The notes under the pieces were generated by a model that did no database searches, was not told the origin of the DNA, and worked only from the letters and a program-made list of their open reading frames with translations. Positions 1 to 12,400 of a DNA stretch of 64,000 bases are shown here, one piece after another; positions within the stretch are counted from its first letter, which is position 1; every line of letters starts with the position of its first letter. Source of the DNA: Auanema rhodensis (lineage: Eukaryota > Animalia > Nematoda); NCBI GenBank assembly GCA_964057225.1, contig OZ059898.1:1674001-1738000 (forward strand). The letters are read 5' to 3'. A program made the translations under genes and the position numbers.

Positions 1-24
1 TTTTTGCCTTGAAAAAAGGAATCT

Positions 25-90
25 AAAAACATCTACTTTTTGCTAAATTATTTTGAAATTTTTCGAAAAAATTTTTGTCAAAATGTTTTT
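25..90. other. Nested A/T-rich dyad region in each monomer (shown for copy 1)
   Basis: Palindrome TTTTTCGAAAAA (59-70), palindrome AAAAATTTTT (67-76), inverted pair ATTTTGA (50-56)/TCAAAAT (78-84) and inverted pair AAAAACAT (25-32)/ATGTTTTT (83-90). Confidence 0.8.
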
Positions 91-97
91 GGAACCA

Positions 98-125
98 ATG
101 TTGAGTGTACATGGAAACTCAACAT
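98..125. other. Perfect 9-bp inverted repeat with 10-nt spacer in each monomer (shown for copy 1)
   Basis: ATGTTGAGT (98-106) is the reverse complement of ACTCAACAT (117-125). Confidence 0.92.
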
Positions 126-203
126 ACACTAATGCATCATTTTTCAAACGATCATAACTAATTTTTGTATTAAGCGTTTCTCAATGTAGTATAGTGCATT
201 CGA

Positions 204-262
204 TGCGGATTTTTAAGCTGCGTCGATCTGTGTTATCAGATTTGCGCTAGCTTAAAAATGCA
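204..262. other. Long imperfect inverted repeat (potential hairpin or cruciform) in each monomer (shown for copy 1)
   Basis: ATTTTTAAGCT (209-219)/AGCTTAAAAAT (249-259) is a perfect 11-bp pair. Inside it are GCG (220-222)/CGC (245-247) and ATCTG (226-230)/CAGAT (237-241) around the loop TGTTAT. Outside it is TGC (204-206)/GCA (260-262). Confidence 0.92.
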
Positions 263-263
263 C

Positions 264-302
264 CGAGATATCAACTGATATAAGTTCACACTTATATCCT
301 CG
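264..302. other. Perfect 9-bp inverted repeat with 4-nt loop plus overlapping dyads in each monomer (shown for copy 1)
   Basis: GATATAAGT (277-285)/ACTTATATC (290-298), outer CGAG (264-267)/CTCG (299-302), and a competing dyad ATATCA (268-273)/TGATAT (276-281). Confidence 0.9.
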
Positions 303-3300
303 ATTTTCACCCTGAAGAATTAATTTTTTCGTTGAATAACATTGTCCATCGTTTTTGCCTTGAAAAAAGGAATCTAAAAACATCTACTTTTTGCTAAATT
401 ATTTTGAAATTTTTCGAAAAAATTTTTGTCAAAATGTTTTTGGAAGCAATGTTGAGTGTACATGGAAACTCAACATACACTAATGCATCATTTTTCAAAC
501 GATCATAACTAATTTTTGTATTAAGCGTTTCTCAATGTAGTATAGTGCATTCGATGCGGATTTTTAAGCTGCGTCGATCTGTGTTATCAGATTTGCGCTA
601 GCTTAAAAATGCACCGAGATATCAACTGATATAAGTTCACACTTATATCCTCGATTTTCACCCTGAAGAATAAATTTTTTCGTTGAATAACATTGTCCAT
701 CGTCTTTGCCTTGAAAAATGGAATCTAAAAACATCTACTTTTTGCTAAATTATTTTGAAATTTTTCGAAAAAATTTTTGTCAAAATGTTTTTGGAAGCAA
801 TGTTGAGTGTACATGGAAACTCAACATACACTAATGCATCATTTTTCAAACGATCATAACTAATTTTTGTATTAAGCGTTTCTCAATGTAGTATAGTGCA
901 TTCGATGCGGATTTTTAAGCTGCGTCGATCTGTGTTATCAGATTTGCGCTAGCTTAAAAATGCACCGAGATATCAACTGATATAAGTTCACACTTATATC
1001 CTCGATTTTCACCCTGAAGAATAAATTTTTTCGTTGAATAACATTGTCCATCGTCTTTGCCTTGAAAAAAGAAATCTAAAAACATCTACTTTTTGCTAAA
1101 TTATTTTGAAATTTTTCGAAAAAATTTTTGTCAAAATGTTTTTGGAAGCAATGTTGAGTGTACATGGAAACTCAACATACACTAATGCATCATTTTTCAA
1201 ACGATCATAACTAATTTTTGTATTAAGCGTTTCTCAATGTAGTATAGTGCATTCGATGCGGATTTTTAAGCTGCGTCGATCTGTGTTATCAGATTTGCGC
1301 TAGCTTAAAAATGCACCGAGATATCAACTGATATAAGTTCACACTTATATCCTCGATTTTCACCCTGAAGAATTAATTTTTTCGTTGAATAACATTGTCC
1401 ATCGTTTTTGCCTTGAAAAAAGGAATCTAAAAACATCTACTTTTTGCTAAATTATTTTGAAATTTTTCGAAAAAATTTTTGTCAAAATGTTTTTGGAACC
1501 AATGTTGAGTGTACATGGAAACTCAACATACACTAATGCATCATTTTTCAAACGATCATAACTAATTTTTGTATTAAGCGTTTCTCAATGTAGTATAGTG
1601 CATTCGATGCGGATTTTTAAGCTGCGTCGATCTGTGTTATCAGATTTGCGCTAGCTTAAAAATGCACCGAGATATCAACTGATATAAGTTCACACTTATA
1701 TCCTCGATTTTCACCCTGAAGAATTAATTTTTTCGTTGAATAACATTGTCCATCGTTTTTGCCTTGAAAAATGGAATCTAAAAACATCTACTTTTTGCTA
1801 AATTATTTTGAAATTTTTCGAAAAAATTTTTGTCAAAATGTTTTTGGAAGCAATGTTGAGTGTACATGGAAACTCAACATACACTAATGCATCATTTTTC
1901 AAACGATCATAACTAATTTTTGTATTAAGCGTTTCTCAATGTAGTATAGTGCATTCGATGCGGATTTTTAAGCTGCGTCGATCTGTGTTATCAGATTTGC
2001 GCTAGCTTAAAAATGCACCGAGATATCAACTGATATAAGTTCACACTTATATCCTCGATTTTCACCCTGAAGAATTAATTTTTTCGTTGAATAACATTGT
2101 CCATCGTTTTTGCCTTGAAAAAAGGAATCTAAAAACATCTACTTTTTGCTAAATTATTTTGAAATTTTTCGAAAAAATTTTTGTCAAAATGTTTTTGGAA
2201 CCAATGTTGAGTGTACATGGAAACTCAACATACACTAATGCATCATTTTTCAAACGATCATAACTAATTTTTGTATTAAGCGTTTCTCAATGTAGTATAG
2301 TGCATTCGATGCGGATTTTTAAGCTGCGTCGATCTGTGTTATCAGATTTGCGCTAGCTTAAAAATGCACCGAGATATCAACTGATATAAGTTCACACTTA
2401 TATCCTCGATTTTCACCCTGAAGAATTAATTTTTTCGTTGAATAACATTGTCCATCGTTTTTGCCTTGAAAAAAGGAATCTAAAAACATCTACTTTTTGC
2501 TAAATTATTTTGAAATTTTTCGAAAAAATTTTTGTCAAAATGTTTTTGGAAGCAATGTTGAGTGTACATGGAAACTCAACATACACTAATGCATCATTTT
2601 TCAAACGATCATAACTAATTTTTGTATTAAGCGTTTCTCAATGTAGTATAGTGCATTCGATGCGGATTTTTAAGCTGCGTCGATCTGTGTTATCAGATTT
2701 GCGCTAGCTTAAAAATGCACCGAGATATCAACTGATATAAGTTCACACTTATATCCTCGATTTTCACCCTGAAGATTTAATTTTTTCGTTGAATAACATT
2801 GTCCATCGTCTTTGCCTTGAAAAATAAAATCTAAAAACATCTACTTTTTGCTAAATTATTTTGAAATTTTTCGAAAAAATTTTTGTCAAAATGTTTTTGG
2901 AAGCAATGTTGAGTGTACATGGAAACTCAACATACACTAATGCATCATTTTTCAAACGATCATAACTAATTTTTGTATTAAGCGTTTCTCAATGTGGTAT
3001 AGTGCATTCGATGCGGATTTTTAAGCTGCGTCGATCTGTGTTATCAGATTTGCGCTAGCTTAAAAATGCACCGAGATATCAACTGATATAAGTTCACACT
3101 TATATCCTCGATTTTCACCCTGAAGATTTAATTTTTTCGTTGAATAACATTGTCCATCGTCTTTGCCTTGAAAAATGGAATCTAAAAACATCTACTTCTT
3201 GCTAAATTATTTTGAAATTTTTCGAAAAAATTTTTGTCAAAATGTTTTTGGAAGCAATGTTGAGTGTACATGGAAACTCAACATACACTAATGCATCATT

Positions 3301-6300
3301 TTTCAAACGATCATAACTAATTTTTGTATTAAGCGTTTCTCAATGTAGTATAGTGCATTCGATGCGGATTTTTAAGCTGCGTCGATCTGTGTTATCAGAT
3401 TTGCGCTAGCTTAAAAATGCACCGAGATATCAACTGATATAAGTTCACACTTATATCCTCGATTTTCACCCTGAAGATTTAATTTTTTCGTTGAATAACA
3501 TTGTCCATCGTCTTTGCCTTGAAAAATGGAATCTAAAAACATCTACTTTTTGCTAAATTATTTTGAAATTTTTCGAAAAAATTTTTGTCAAAATGTTTTT
3601 GGAAGCAATGTTGAGTGTACATGGAAACTCAACATACACTAATGCATCATTTTTCAAACGATCATAACTAATTTTTGTATTAAGCGTTTCTCAATGTAGT
3701 ATAGTGCATTCGATGCGGATTTTTAAGCTGCGTCGATCTGTGTTATCAGATTTGCGCTAGCTTAAAAATGCACCGAGATATCAACTGATATAAGTTCACA
3801 CTTATATCCTCGATTTTCACCCTGAAGAATTAATTTTTTTGTTGAATAACATTGTCCATCGTCTTTGCCTTGAAAAAAGGAATCTAAAAACATCTACTTT
3901 TTGCTAAATTATTTTGAAATTTTTCGAAAAAATTTTTGTCAAAATGTTTTTGGAAGCAATGTTGAGTGTACATGGAAACTCAACATACACTAATGCATCA
4001 TTTTTCAAACGATCATAACTAATTTTTGTATTAAGCGTTTCTCAATGTAGTATAGTGCATTCGATGCGGATTTTTAAGCTGCGTCGATCTGTGTTATCAG
4101 ATTTGCGCTAGCTTAAAAATGCACCGAGATATCAACTGATATAAGTTCACACTTATATCCTCGATTTTCACCCTGAAGAATAAATTTTTTCGTTGAATAA
4201 CATTGTCCATCGTCTTTGCCTTGAAAAAAGAAATCTAAAAACATCTACTTTTTGCTAAATTATTTTGAAATTTTTCGAAAAAATTTTTGTCAAAATGTTT
4301 TTGGAAGCAATGTTGAGTGTACATGGAAACTCAACATACACTAATGCATCATTTTTCAAACGATCATAACTAATTTTTGTATTAAGCGTTTCTCAATGTA
4401 GTATAGTGCATTCGATGCGGATTTTTAAGCTGCGTCGATCTGTGTTATCAGATTTGCGCTAGCTTAAAAATGCACCGAGATATCAACTGATATAAGTTCA
4501 CACTTATATCCTCGATTTTCACCCTGAAGATTTAATTTTTTCGTTGAATAACATTGTCCATCGTCTTTGCCTTGAAAAATGGAATCTAAAAACATCTACT
4601 TTTTGCTAAATTATTTTGAAATTTTTTGAAAAAATTTTTGTCAAAATGTTTTTGGAAGCAATGTTGAGTGTACATGGAAACTCAACATACACTAATGCAT
4701 CATTTTTCAAACGATCATAACTAATTTTTGTATTAAGCGTTTCTCAATGTAGTATAGTGCATTCGATGCGGATTTTTAAGCTGCGTCGATCTGTGTTATC
4801 AGATTTGCGCTAGCTTAAAAATGCACCGAGATATCAACTGATATAAGTTCACACTTATATCCTCGATTTTGACCCTGAAGAATTAATTTTTTCGTTGAAT
4901 AACATTGTCCATCGTCTTTGCCTTGAAAAAAGGAATCTAAAAACATCTACTTTTTGCTAAATTATTTTGAAATTTTTCGAAAAAATTTTTGTCAAAATGT
5001 TTTTGGAAGCAATGTTGAGTGTACATGGAAACTCAACATACACTAATGCATCATTTTTCAAACGATCATAACTAATTTTTGTATTAAGCGTTTCTCAATG
5101 TAGTATAGTGCATTCGATGCGGATTTTTAAGCTGCGTCGATCTGTGTTATCAGATTTGCGCTAGCTTAAAAATGCACCGAGATATCAACTGATATAAGTT
5201 CACACTTATATCTTCGATTTTCACCCTGAAGAATTAATTTTTTCGTTGAATAACATTGTCCATCGTCTTTGCCTTGAAAAAAGGAATCTAAAAACATCTA
5301 CTTTTTGCTAAATTATTTTGAAATTTTTCGAAAAAAGTTTTGTCAAAATGTTTTTGGAAGCAATGTTGAGTGTACATGGAAACTCAACATACACTAATGC
5401 ATCATTTTTCAAACGATCATAACTAATTTTTGTATTAAGCGTTTCTCAATGTATTATAGTGCATTCGATGCGGATTTTTAAGCTGCGTCGATCTGTGTTA
5501 TCAGATTTGCGCTAGCTTAAAAATGCACCGTGAAATCAACTGATATAAGTTCACACTTATATCCTCGATTTTCACCCTGAAGAATTAATGTTTTCGTTGA
5601 ATAACATTGTCCATCGTCTTTGCCTTGAAAAAAGGAATCTAAAAACATCTACTTTTTGCTAAATTATTTTGAAATTTTTCGAAAAAATTTTTGTCAAAAT
5701 GTTTTTGGAAGCAATGTTGAGTGTACATGGAAACTCAACATACACTAATGCATCATTTTTCAAACGATCATAACTAATTTTTGTATTAAGCGTTTCTCAA
5801 TGTAGTATAGTGCATTCGATGCGGATTTTTAAGCTGCGTCGATCTGTGTTATCAGATTTGCGCTAGCTTAAAAATGCACCGAGATATCAACTGATATAAG
5901 TTCACACTTATATCCTCGATTTTGACCCTGAAGAATTAATTTTTTCGTTGAATAACATTGTCCATCGTCTTTGCCTTGAAAAAAGGAATCTAAAAACATC
6001 TACTTTTTGCTAAATTATTTTGAAATTTTTCGAAAAAATTTTTGTCAAAATGTTTTTGGAAGCAATGTTGAGTGTACATGGAAACGCAACATACACTAAT
6101 GCATCATTTTTCAAACGATCATAACTAATTTTTGTAGTAAGCGTTTCTCAATGTAGTATAGTGCATTCGATGCGGATTTTTAAGCTGCGTCGATCTGTGT
6201 TATCAGATTTGCGCTAGCTTAAAAATGCACCGAGATATCAACTGATATAAGTTCACACTTATATCCTCGATTTTCACCCTGAAGATTTAATTTTTTCGTT

Positions 6301-9300
6301 GAATAACATTGTCCATCGTCTTTGCCTTGAAAAATGGAATCTAAAAACATCTACTTTTTGCTAAATTATTTTGAAATTTTTCGAAAAAATTTTTGTCAAA
6401 ATGTTTTTGGAAGCAATGTTGAGTGTACATGGAAACTCAACATACACTAATGCATCATTTTTCAAACGATCATAACTAATTTTTGTATTAAGCGTTTCTC
6501 AATGTAGTATAGTGCATTCGATGCGGATTTTTAAGCTGCGTCGATCTGTGTTATCAGATTTGCGCTAGCTTAAAAATGCACCGAGATATCAACTGATATA
6601 TGTTCACACTTATATCCTCGATTTTCACCCTGAAGAATTAATTTTTTCGTTGAATAACATTGTCCATCGTCTTTGCCTTGAAAAAAGGAATCTAAAAACA
6701 TCTACTTTTTGCTAAATTATTTTGAAATTTTCTGAAAAAATTTTTGTCAAAATGTTTTTGGAAGCAATGTTGAGTGTACATGGAAACTCAACATACACTA
6801 ATGCATCATTTTTCAAACGATCATAACTAATTTTTGTATTAAGCGTTTCTCAATGTAGTATAGTGCATTCGATGCGGATTTTTAAGCTGCGTCGATCTGT
6901 GTTATCAGATTTGCGCTAGCTTAAAAATACACCGAGATATCAACTGATATAAGTTCACACTTATATCCTCGATTTTCACCCTGAAGAATTAATTTTTTCG
7001 TTGAATAACATTGTCCATCGTTTTTGCCTTGAAAAAAGGAATCTAAAAACATCTACTTTTTGCTAAATTATTTTGAAATTTTTCGAAAAAATTTTTGTCA
7101 AAATGTTTTTGGAAGCAATGTTGAGTGTACATGGAAACTCAACATACACTAATGCATCATTTTTCAAACGATCATAACTAATTTTTGTATTAAGCGTTTC
7201 TCAATGTAGTATAGTGCATTCGATGCGGATTTTTAAGCTGCGTCGATCTGTGTTATCAGATTTGCGCTAGCTTAAAAATGCACCGAGATATCAACTGATA
7301 TAAGTTCACACTTATATCCTCGATTTTCACCCTGAAGAATTAATTTTTTCGTTGAATAACATTGTCCATCGTTTTTGCCTTGAAAAAAGGAATCTAAAAA
7401 CATCTACTTTTTGCTAAATTATTTTGAAATTTTTCGAAAAAATTTTTGTCAAAATGTTTTTGGAAGCAATGTTGAGTGTACATGGAAACTCAACATACAC
7501 TAATGCATCATTTTTCAAACGATCATAACTAATTCTTGTATTAAGCGTTTCTCAATGTAGTATAGTGCATTCGATGCGGATTTTTAAGCTGCGTCGATCT
7601 GTGTTATCAGATTTGCGCTAGCTTAAAAATGCACCGAGATATCAACTGATATAAGTTCACACTTATATCCTCGATTTTCACCCTGAAGATTTAATTTTTT
7701 CGTTGAATAACATTGTCCATCGTCTTTGCCTTGAAAAATGGAATCTAAAAACATCTACTTTTTGCTAAATTATTTTGAAATTTTTCGAAAACATTTTTGT
7801 CAAAATGTTTTTGGAAGCAATGTTGAGTGTACATGGAAACTCAACATACACTAATGCATCATTTTTCAAACGATCATAACTAATTTTTGTATTAAGCGTT
7901 TCTCAATGTAGTATAGTGCATTCGATGCGGATTTTTAAGCTGCGTCGATCTGTGTTATCAGATTTGCGCTAGCTTAAAAATGCACCGAGATATCAACTGA
8001 TATAAGTTCACACTTATATCCTCGATTTTCACCCTGAAGAATTAATTTTTTCGTTGAATAACATTGTCCATCGTTTTTGCCTTGAAAAAAGGAATCTAAA
8101 AACATCTACTTTTTGCTAAATTATTTTGAAATTTTTCGAAAAAATTTTTGTCAAAATGTTTTTGGAAGCAATGTTGAGTGTACATGGAAACTCAACATAC
8201 ACTAATGCATCATTTTTCAAACGATCATAACTAATTTTTGTATTAAGCGTTTCTCAATGTAGTATAGTGCATTCGATGCGGATTTTTAAGCTGCGTCGAT
8301 CTGTGTTATCAGATTTGCGCTAGCTTAAAAATGCACCGAGATATCAACTGATATAAGTTCACACTTATATCCTCGATTTTCACCCTGAAGATTTAATTTT
8401 TTCGTTGAATAACATTGTCCATCGTCTTTGCCTTGAAAAATGGAATCTAAAAACATCTACTTTTTGCTAAATTATTTTGAAATTTTTCGAAAAAATTTTT
8501 GTCAAAATGTTTTTGGAAGCAATGTTGAGTGTACATGGAAACTCAACATACACTAATGCATCATTTTTCAAACGATCATAACTAATTTTTGTATTAAGCG
8601 TTTCTCAATGTAGTATAGTGCATTCGATGCGGATTTTTAAGCTGCGTCGATCTGTGTTATCAGATTTGCGCTAGCTTAAAAATGCACCGAGATATCAACT
8701 GATATAAGTTCACACTTATATCCTCGATTTTCACCCTGAAGAATTAATTTTTTCGTTGAATAACATTGTCCATCGTTTTTGCCTTGAAAAAAGGAATCTA
8801 AAAACATCTACTTTTTGCTAAATTATTTTGAAATTTTTCGAAAAAATTTTTGTCAAAATGTTTTTGGAAGCAATGTTGAGTGTACATGGAAATCAACATA
8901 CACTAATGCATCATTTTTCAAACGATCATAACTAATTTTTGTATTAAGCGTTTCTCAATGTATTATAGTGCATTCGATGCGGATTTTTAAGCTGCGTCGA
9001 TCTGTGTTATCAGATTTGCGCTAGCTTAAAAATGCACCGAGATATCAACTGATATAAGTTCACACTTATATCCTCGATTTTCACCCTGAAGATTTAATTT
9101 TTTCGTTGAATAACATTGTCCATCGTCTTTGCCTTGAAAAATGGAATCTAAAAACATCTACTTTTTGCTAAATTATTTTGAAATTTTTCGAAAAAATTTT
9201 TGTCAAAATGTTTTTGGAAGCAATGTTGAGTGTACATGGAAACTCAACATACACTAATGCATCATTTTTCAAACGATCATAACTAATTTTTGTATTAAGC

Positions 9301-9476
9301 GTTTCTCAATGTAGTATAGTGCATTCGATGCGGATTTTTAAGCTGCGTCGATCTGTGTTATCAGATTTGCGCTAGCTTAAAAATGCACCGAGATATCAAC
9401 TGATATAAGTTCACACTTATATCCTCGATTTTCACCCTGAAGAATTAATTTTTTCGTTGAATAACATTGTCCATCG

Positions 9477-12400
9477 TTTTTGCCTTGAAAAAAGGAATCT
9501 AAAAACATCTACTTTTTGCTAAATTATTTTGAAATTTTTCGAAAAAATTTTTGTCAAAATGTTTTTGGAAGCAATGTTGAGTGTACATGGAAATCAACAT
9601 ACACTAATGCATCATTTTTCAAACGATCATAACTAATTTTTGTATTAAGCGTTTCTCAATGTATTATAGTGCATTCGATGCGGATTTTTAAGCTGCGTCG
9701 ATCTGTGTTATCAGATTTGCGCTAGCTTAAAAATGCACCGAGATATCAACTGATATAAGTTCACACTTATATCCTCGATTTTCACCCTGAAGAATTAATT
9801 TTTTCGTTGAATAACATTGTCCATCGTCTTTGCCTTGAAAAAAGGAATCTAAAAACATCTACTTTTTGCTAAATTATTTTGAAATTTTTCGAAAAAATTT
9901 TTGTCAAAATGTTTTTGGAAGCAATGTTGAGTGTACATGGAAACTCAACATACACTAATGCATCATTTTTCAAACGATCATAACTAATTTTTGTATTAAG
10001 CGTTTCTCAATGTAGTATAGTGCATTCGATGCGGATTTTTAAGCTGCGTCGATCTGTGTTATCAGATTTGCGCTAGCTTAAAAATGCACCGAGATATCAA
10101 CTGATATAAGTTCACACTTATATCCTCGATTTTCACCCTGAAGAATTAATTTTTTCGTTGAATAACATTGTCCATCGTCTTTGCCTTGAAAAAAGGAATC
10201 TAAAAACATCTACTTTTTGCTAAATTATTTTGAAATTTTTCGAAAAAATTTTTGTCAAAATGTTTTTGGAAGCAATGTTGAGTGTACATGGAAACTCAAC
10301 ATACACTAATGCATCATTTTTCAAACGATCATAACTAATTTTTGTAGTAAGCGTTTCTCAATGTAGTATAGTGCATTCGATGCGGATTTTTAAGCTGCGT
10401 CGATCTGTGTTATCAGATTTGCGCTAGCTTAAAAATGCACCGAGATATCAACTGATATAAGTTCACACTTATATCCTCGATTTTCACCCTGAAGAATTAA
10501 TTTTTTCGTTGAATAACATTGTCCATCGTCTTTGCCTTGAAAAAAGAAATCTAAAAACATCTACTTTTTGCTAAATTATTTTGAAATTTTTCGAAAAAAT
10601 TTTTGTCAAAATGTTTTTGGAAGCAATGTTAAGTGTACATGGAAACTCAACATACACTAATGCATCATTTTTCAAACGATCATAACTAATTTTTGTATTA
10701 AGCGTTTCTCAATGTAGTATAGTGCATTCGATGCGGATTTTTAAGCTGCGTCGATCTGTGTTATCAGATTTGCGCTAGCTTAAAAATACACCGAGATATC
10801 AACTGATATAAGTTCACACTTATATCCTCGATTTTCACCCTGAAGAATTAATTTTTTCGTTGAATAACATTGTCCATCGTTTTTGCCTTGAAAAAAGGAA
10901 TCTAAAAACATCTACTTTTTGCTAAATTATTTTGAAATTTTTCGAAAAAATTTTTGTCAAAATGTTTTTGGAAGCAATGTTGAGTGTACATGGAAACTCA
11001 ACATACACTAATGCATCATTTTTCAAACGATCATAACTAATTTTTGTATTAAGCGTTTCTCAATGTAGTATAGTGCATTCGATGCGGATTTTTAAGCTGC
11101 GTCGATCTGTGTTATCAGATTTGCGCTAGCTTAAAAATGCACCGAGATATCAACTGATATAAGTTCACACTTATATCCTCGATTTTCACCCTGAAGAATT
11201 AATTTTTTCGTTGAATAACATTGTCCATCGTTTTTGCCTTGAAAAATGGAATCTAAAAACATCTACTTTTTGCTAAATTATTTTGAAATTTTTTGAAAAA
11301 ATTTTTGTCAAAATGTTTTTGGAAGCAATGTTGAGTGTACATGGAAACTCAACATACACTAATGCATCATTTTTCAAACGATCATAACTAATTTTTGTAT
11401 TAAGCGTTTCTCAATGTAGTATAGTGCATTCGATGCGGATTTTTAAGCTGCGTCGATCTGTGTTATCAGATTTGCGCTAGCTTAAAAATACACCGAGATA
11501 TCAACTGATATAAGTTCACACTTATATCCTCGATTTTCACCCTGAAGAATTAATTTTTTCGTTGAATAACATTGTCCATCGTTTTTGCCTTGAAAAAAGG
11601 AATCTAAAAACATCTACTTTTTGCTAAATTATTTTGAAATTTTTCGAAAAAATTTTTGTCAAAATGTTTTTGGAAGCAATGTTGAGTGTACATGGAAACT
11701 CAACATACACTAATGCATCATTTTTCAAACGATCATAACTAATTTTTGTATTAAGCGTTTCTCAATGTAGTATAGTGCATTCGATGCGGATTTTTAAGCT
11801 GCGTCGATCTGTGTTATCAGATTTGCGCTAGCTTAAAAATGCACCGAGATATCAACTGATATAAGTTCACACTTATATCCTCGATTTTCACCCTGAAGAA
11901 TTAATTTTTTCGTTGAATAACATTGTCCATCGTTTTTGCCTTGAAAAAAGGAATCTAAAAACATCTACTTTTTGCTAAATTATTTTGAAATTTTTCGAAA
12001 AAATTTTTGTCAAAATGTTTTTGGAACCAATGTTGAGTGTACATGGAAACTCAACATACACTAATGCATCATTTTTCAAACGATCATAACTAATTTTTGT
12101 ATTAAGCGTTTCTCAATGTAGTATAGTGCATTCGATGCGGATTTTTAAGCTGCGTCGATCTGTGTTATCAGATTTGCGCTAGCTTAAAAATGCACCGAGA
12201 TATCAACTGATATAAGTTCACACTTATATCCTCGATTTTCACCCTGAAGAATTAATTTTTTCGTTGAATAACATTGTCCATCGTTTTTGCCTTGAAAAAA
12301 GGAATCTAAAAACATCTACTTTTTGCTAAATTATTTTGAAATTTTTCGAAAAAATTTTTGTCAAAATGTTTTTGGAAGCAATGTTGAGTGTACATGGAAA

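Larger units (their letters stand above)
1..351 (+). repeat. Representative 351-bp monomer (copy 1; array majority has C at position 2 and G at position 95)
   Basis: About 109/351 G+C by hand count, with many A4-6/T4-6 tracts and 12 CpGs. Single consensus sites include TTCGAA (62-67), TGTACA (106-111), ATGCAT (132-137), GCTAGC (246-251) and GATATC (267-272). Confidence 0.97.

Noticed and set aside
226-251. Helitron-like 3' end (hairpin followed by CTAG) or MITE origin of the monomer
   Set aside because: The CTAG lies inside the larger inverted repeat and is followed by C rather than T. No termini, target-site duplications or flanks are visible in the window to support a transposon origin.
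204-302. Rho-independent terminators or bacterial promoters
   Set aside because: The stems are AT-rich, there are no genes to regulate, and the context is a satellite array.
327-343. CENP-B box-like motif (TTCGTTGAA)
   Set aside because: It matches only the 5' half of NTTCGNNNNANNCGGGN. The essential CGGG is missing, and C330 is often mutated to T.
1-351. Monomer as an ancient dimer of ~175-bp subunits
   Set aside because: I found no convincing alignment between the halves by eye beyond A/T runs. A self-alignment with shuffled controls would be needed.
1-351. 5S rRNA, tRNA, snRNA or spliced-leader tandem gene unit
   Set aside because: No recognisable conserved RNA gene sequence, cloverleaf or convincing Pol III A/B/C boxes on either strand.
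1-351. Assignment to a named ~350-360-bp satellite such as Drosophila 1.688
   Set aside because: Only length and AT-richness are similar. I recognise no sequence identity, so a database search is required.
312-370. Hammerhead ribozyme (CTGAAGA matches CUGANGA; some animal satellites encode hammerheads)
   Set aside because: I could not build stem II between CTGAAGA and any downstream GAAA, nor stems I and III with a UH site. An Infernal search with Rfam hammerhead models on a dimer would settle it.
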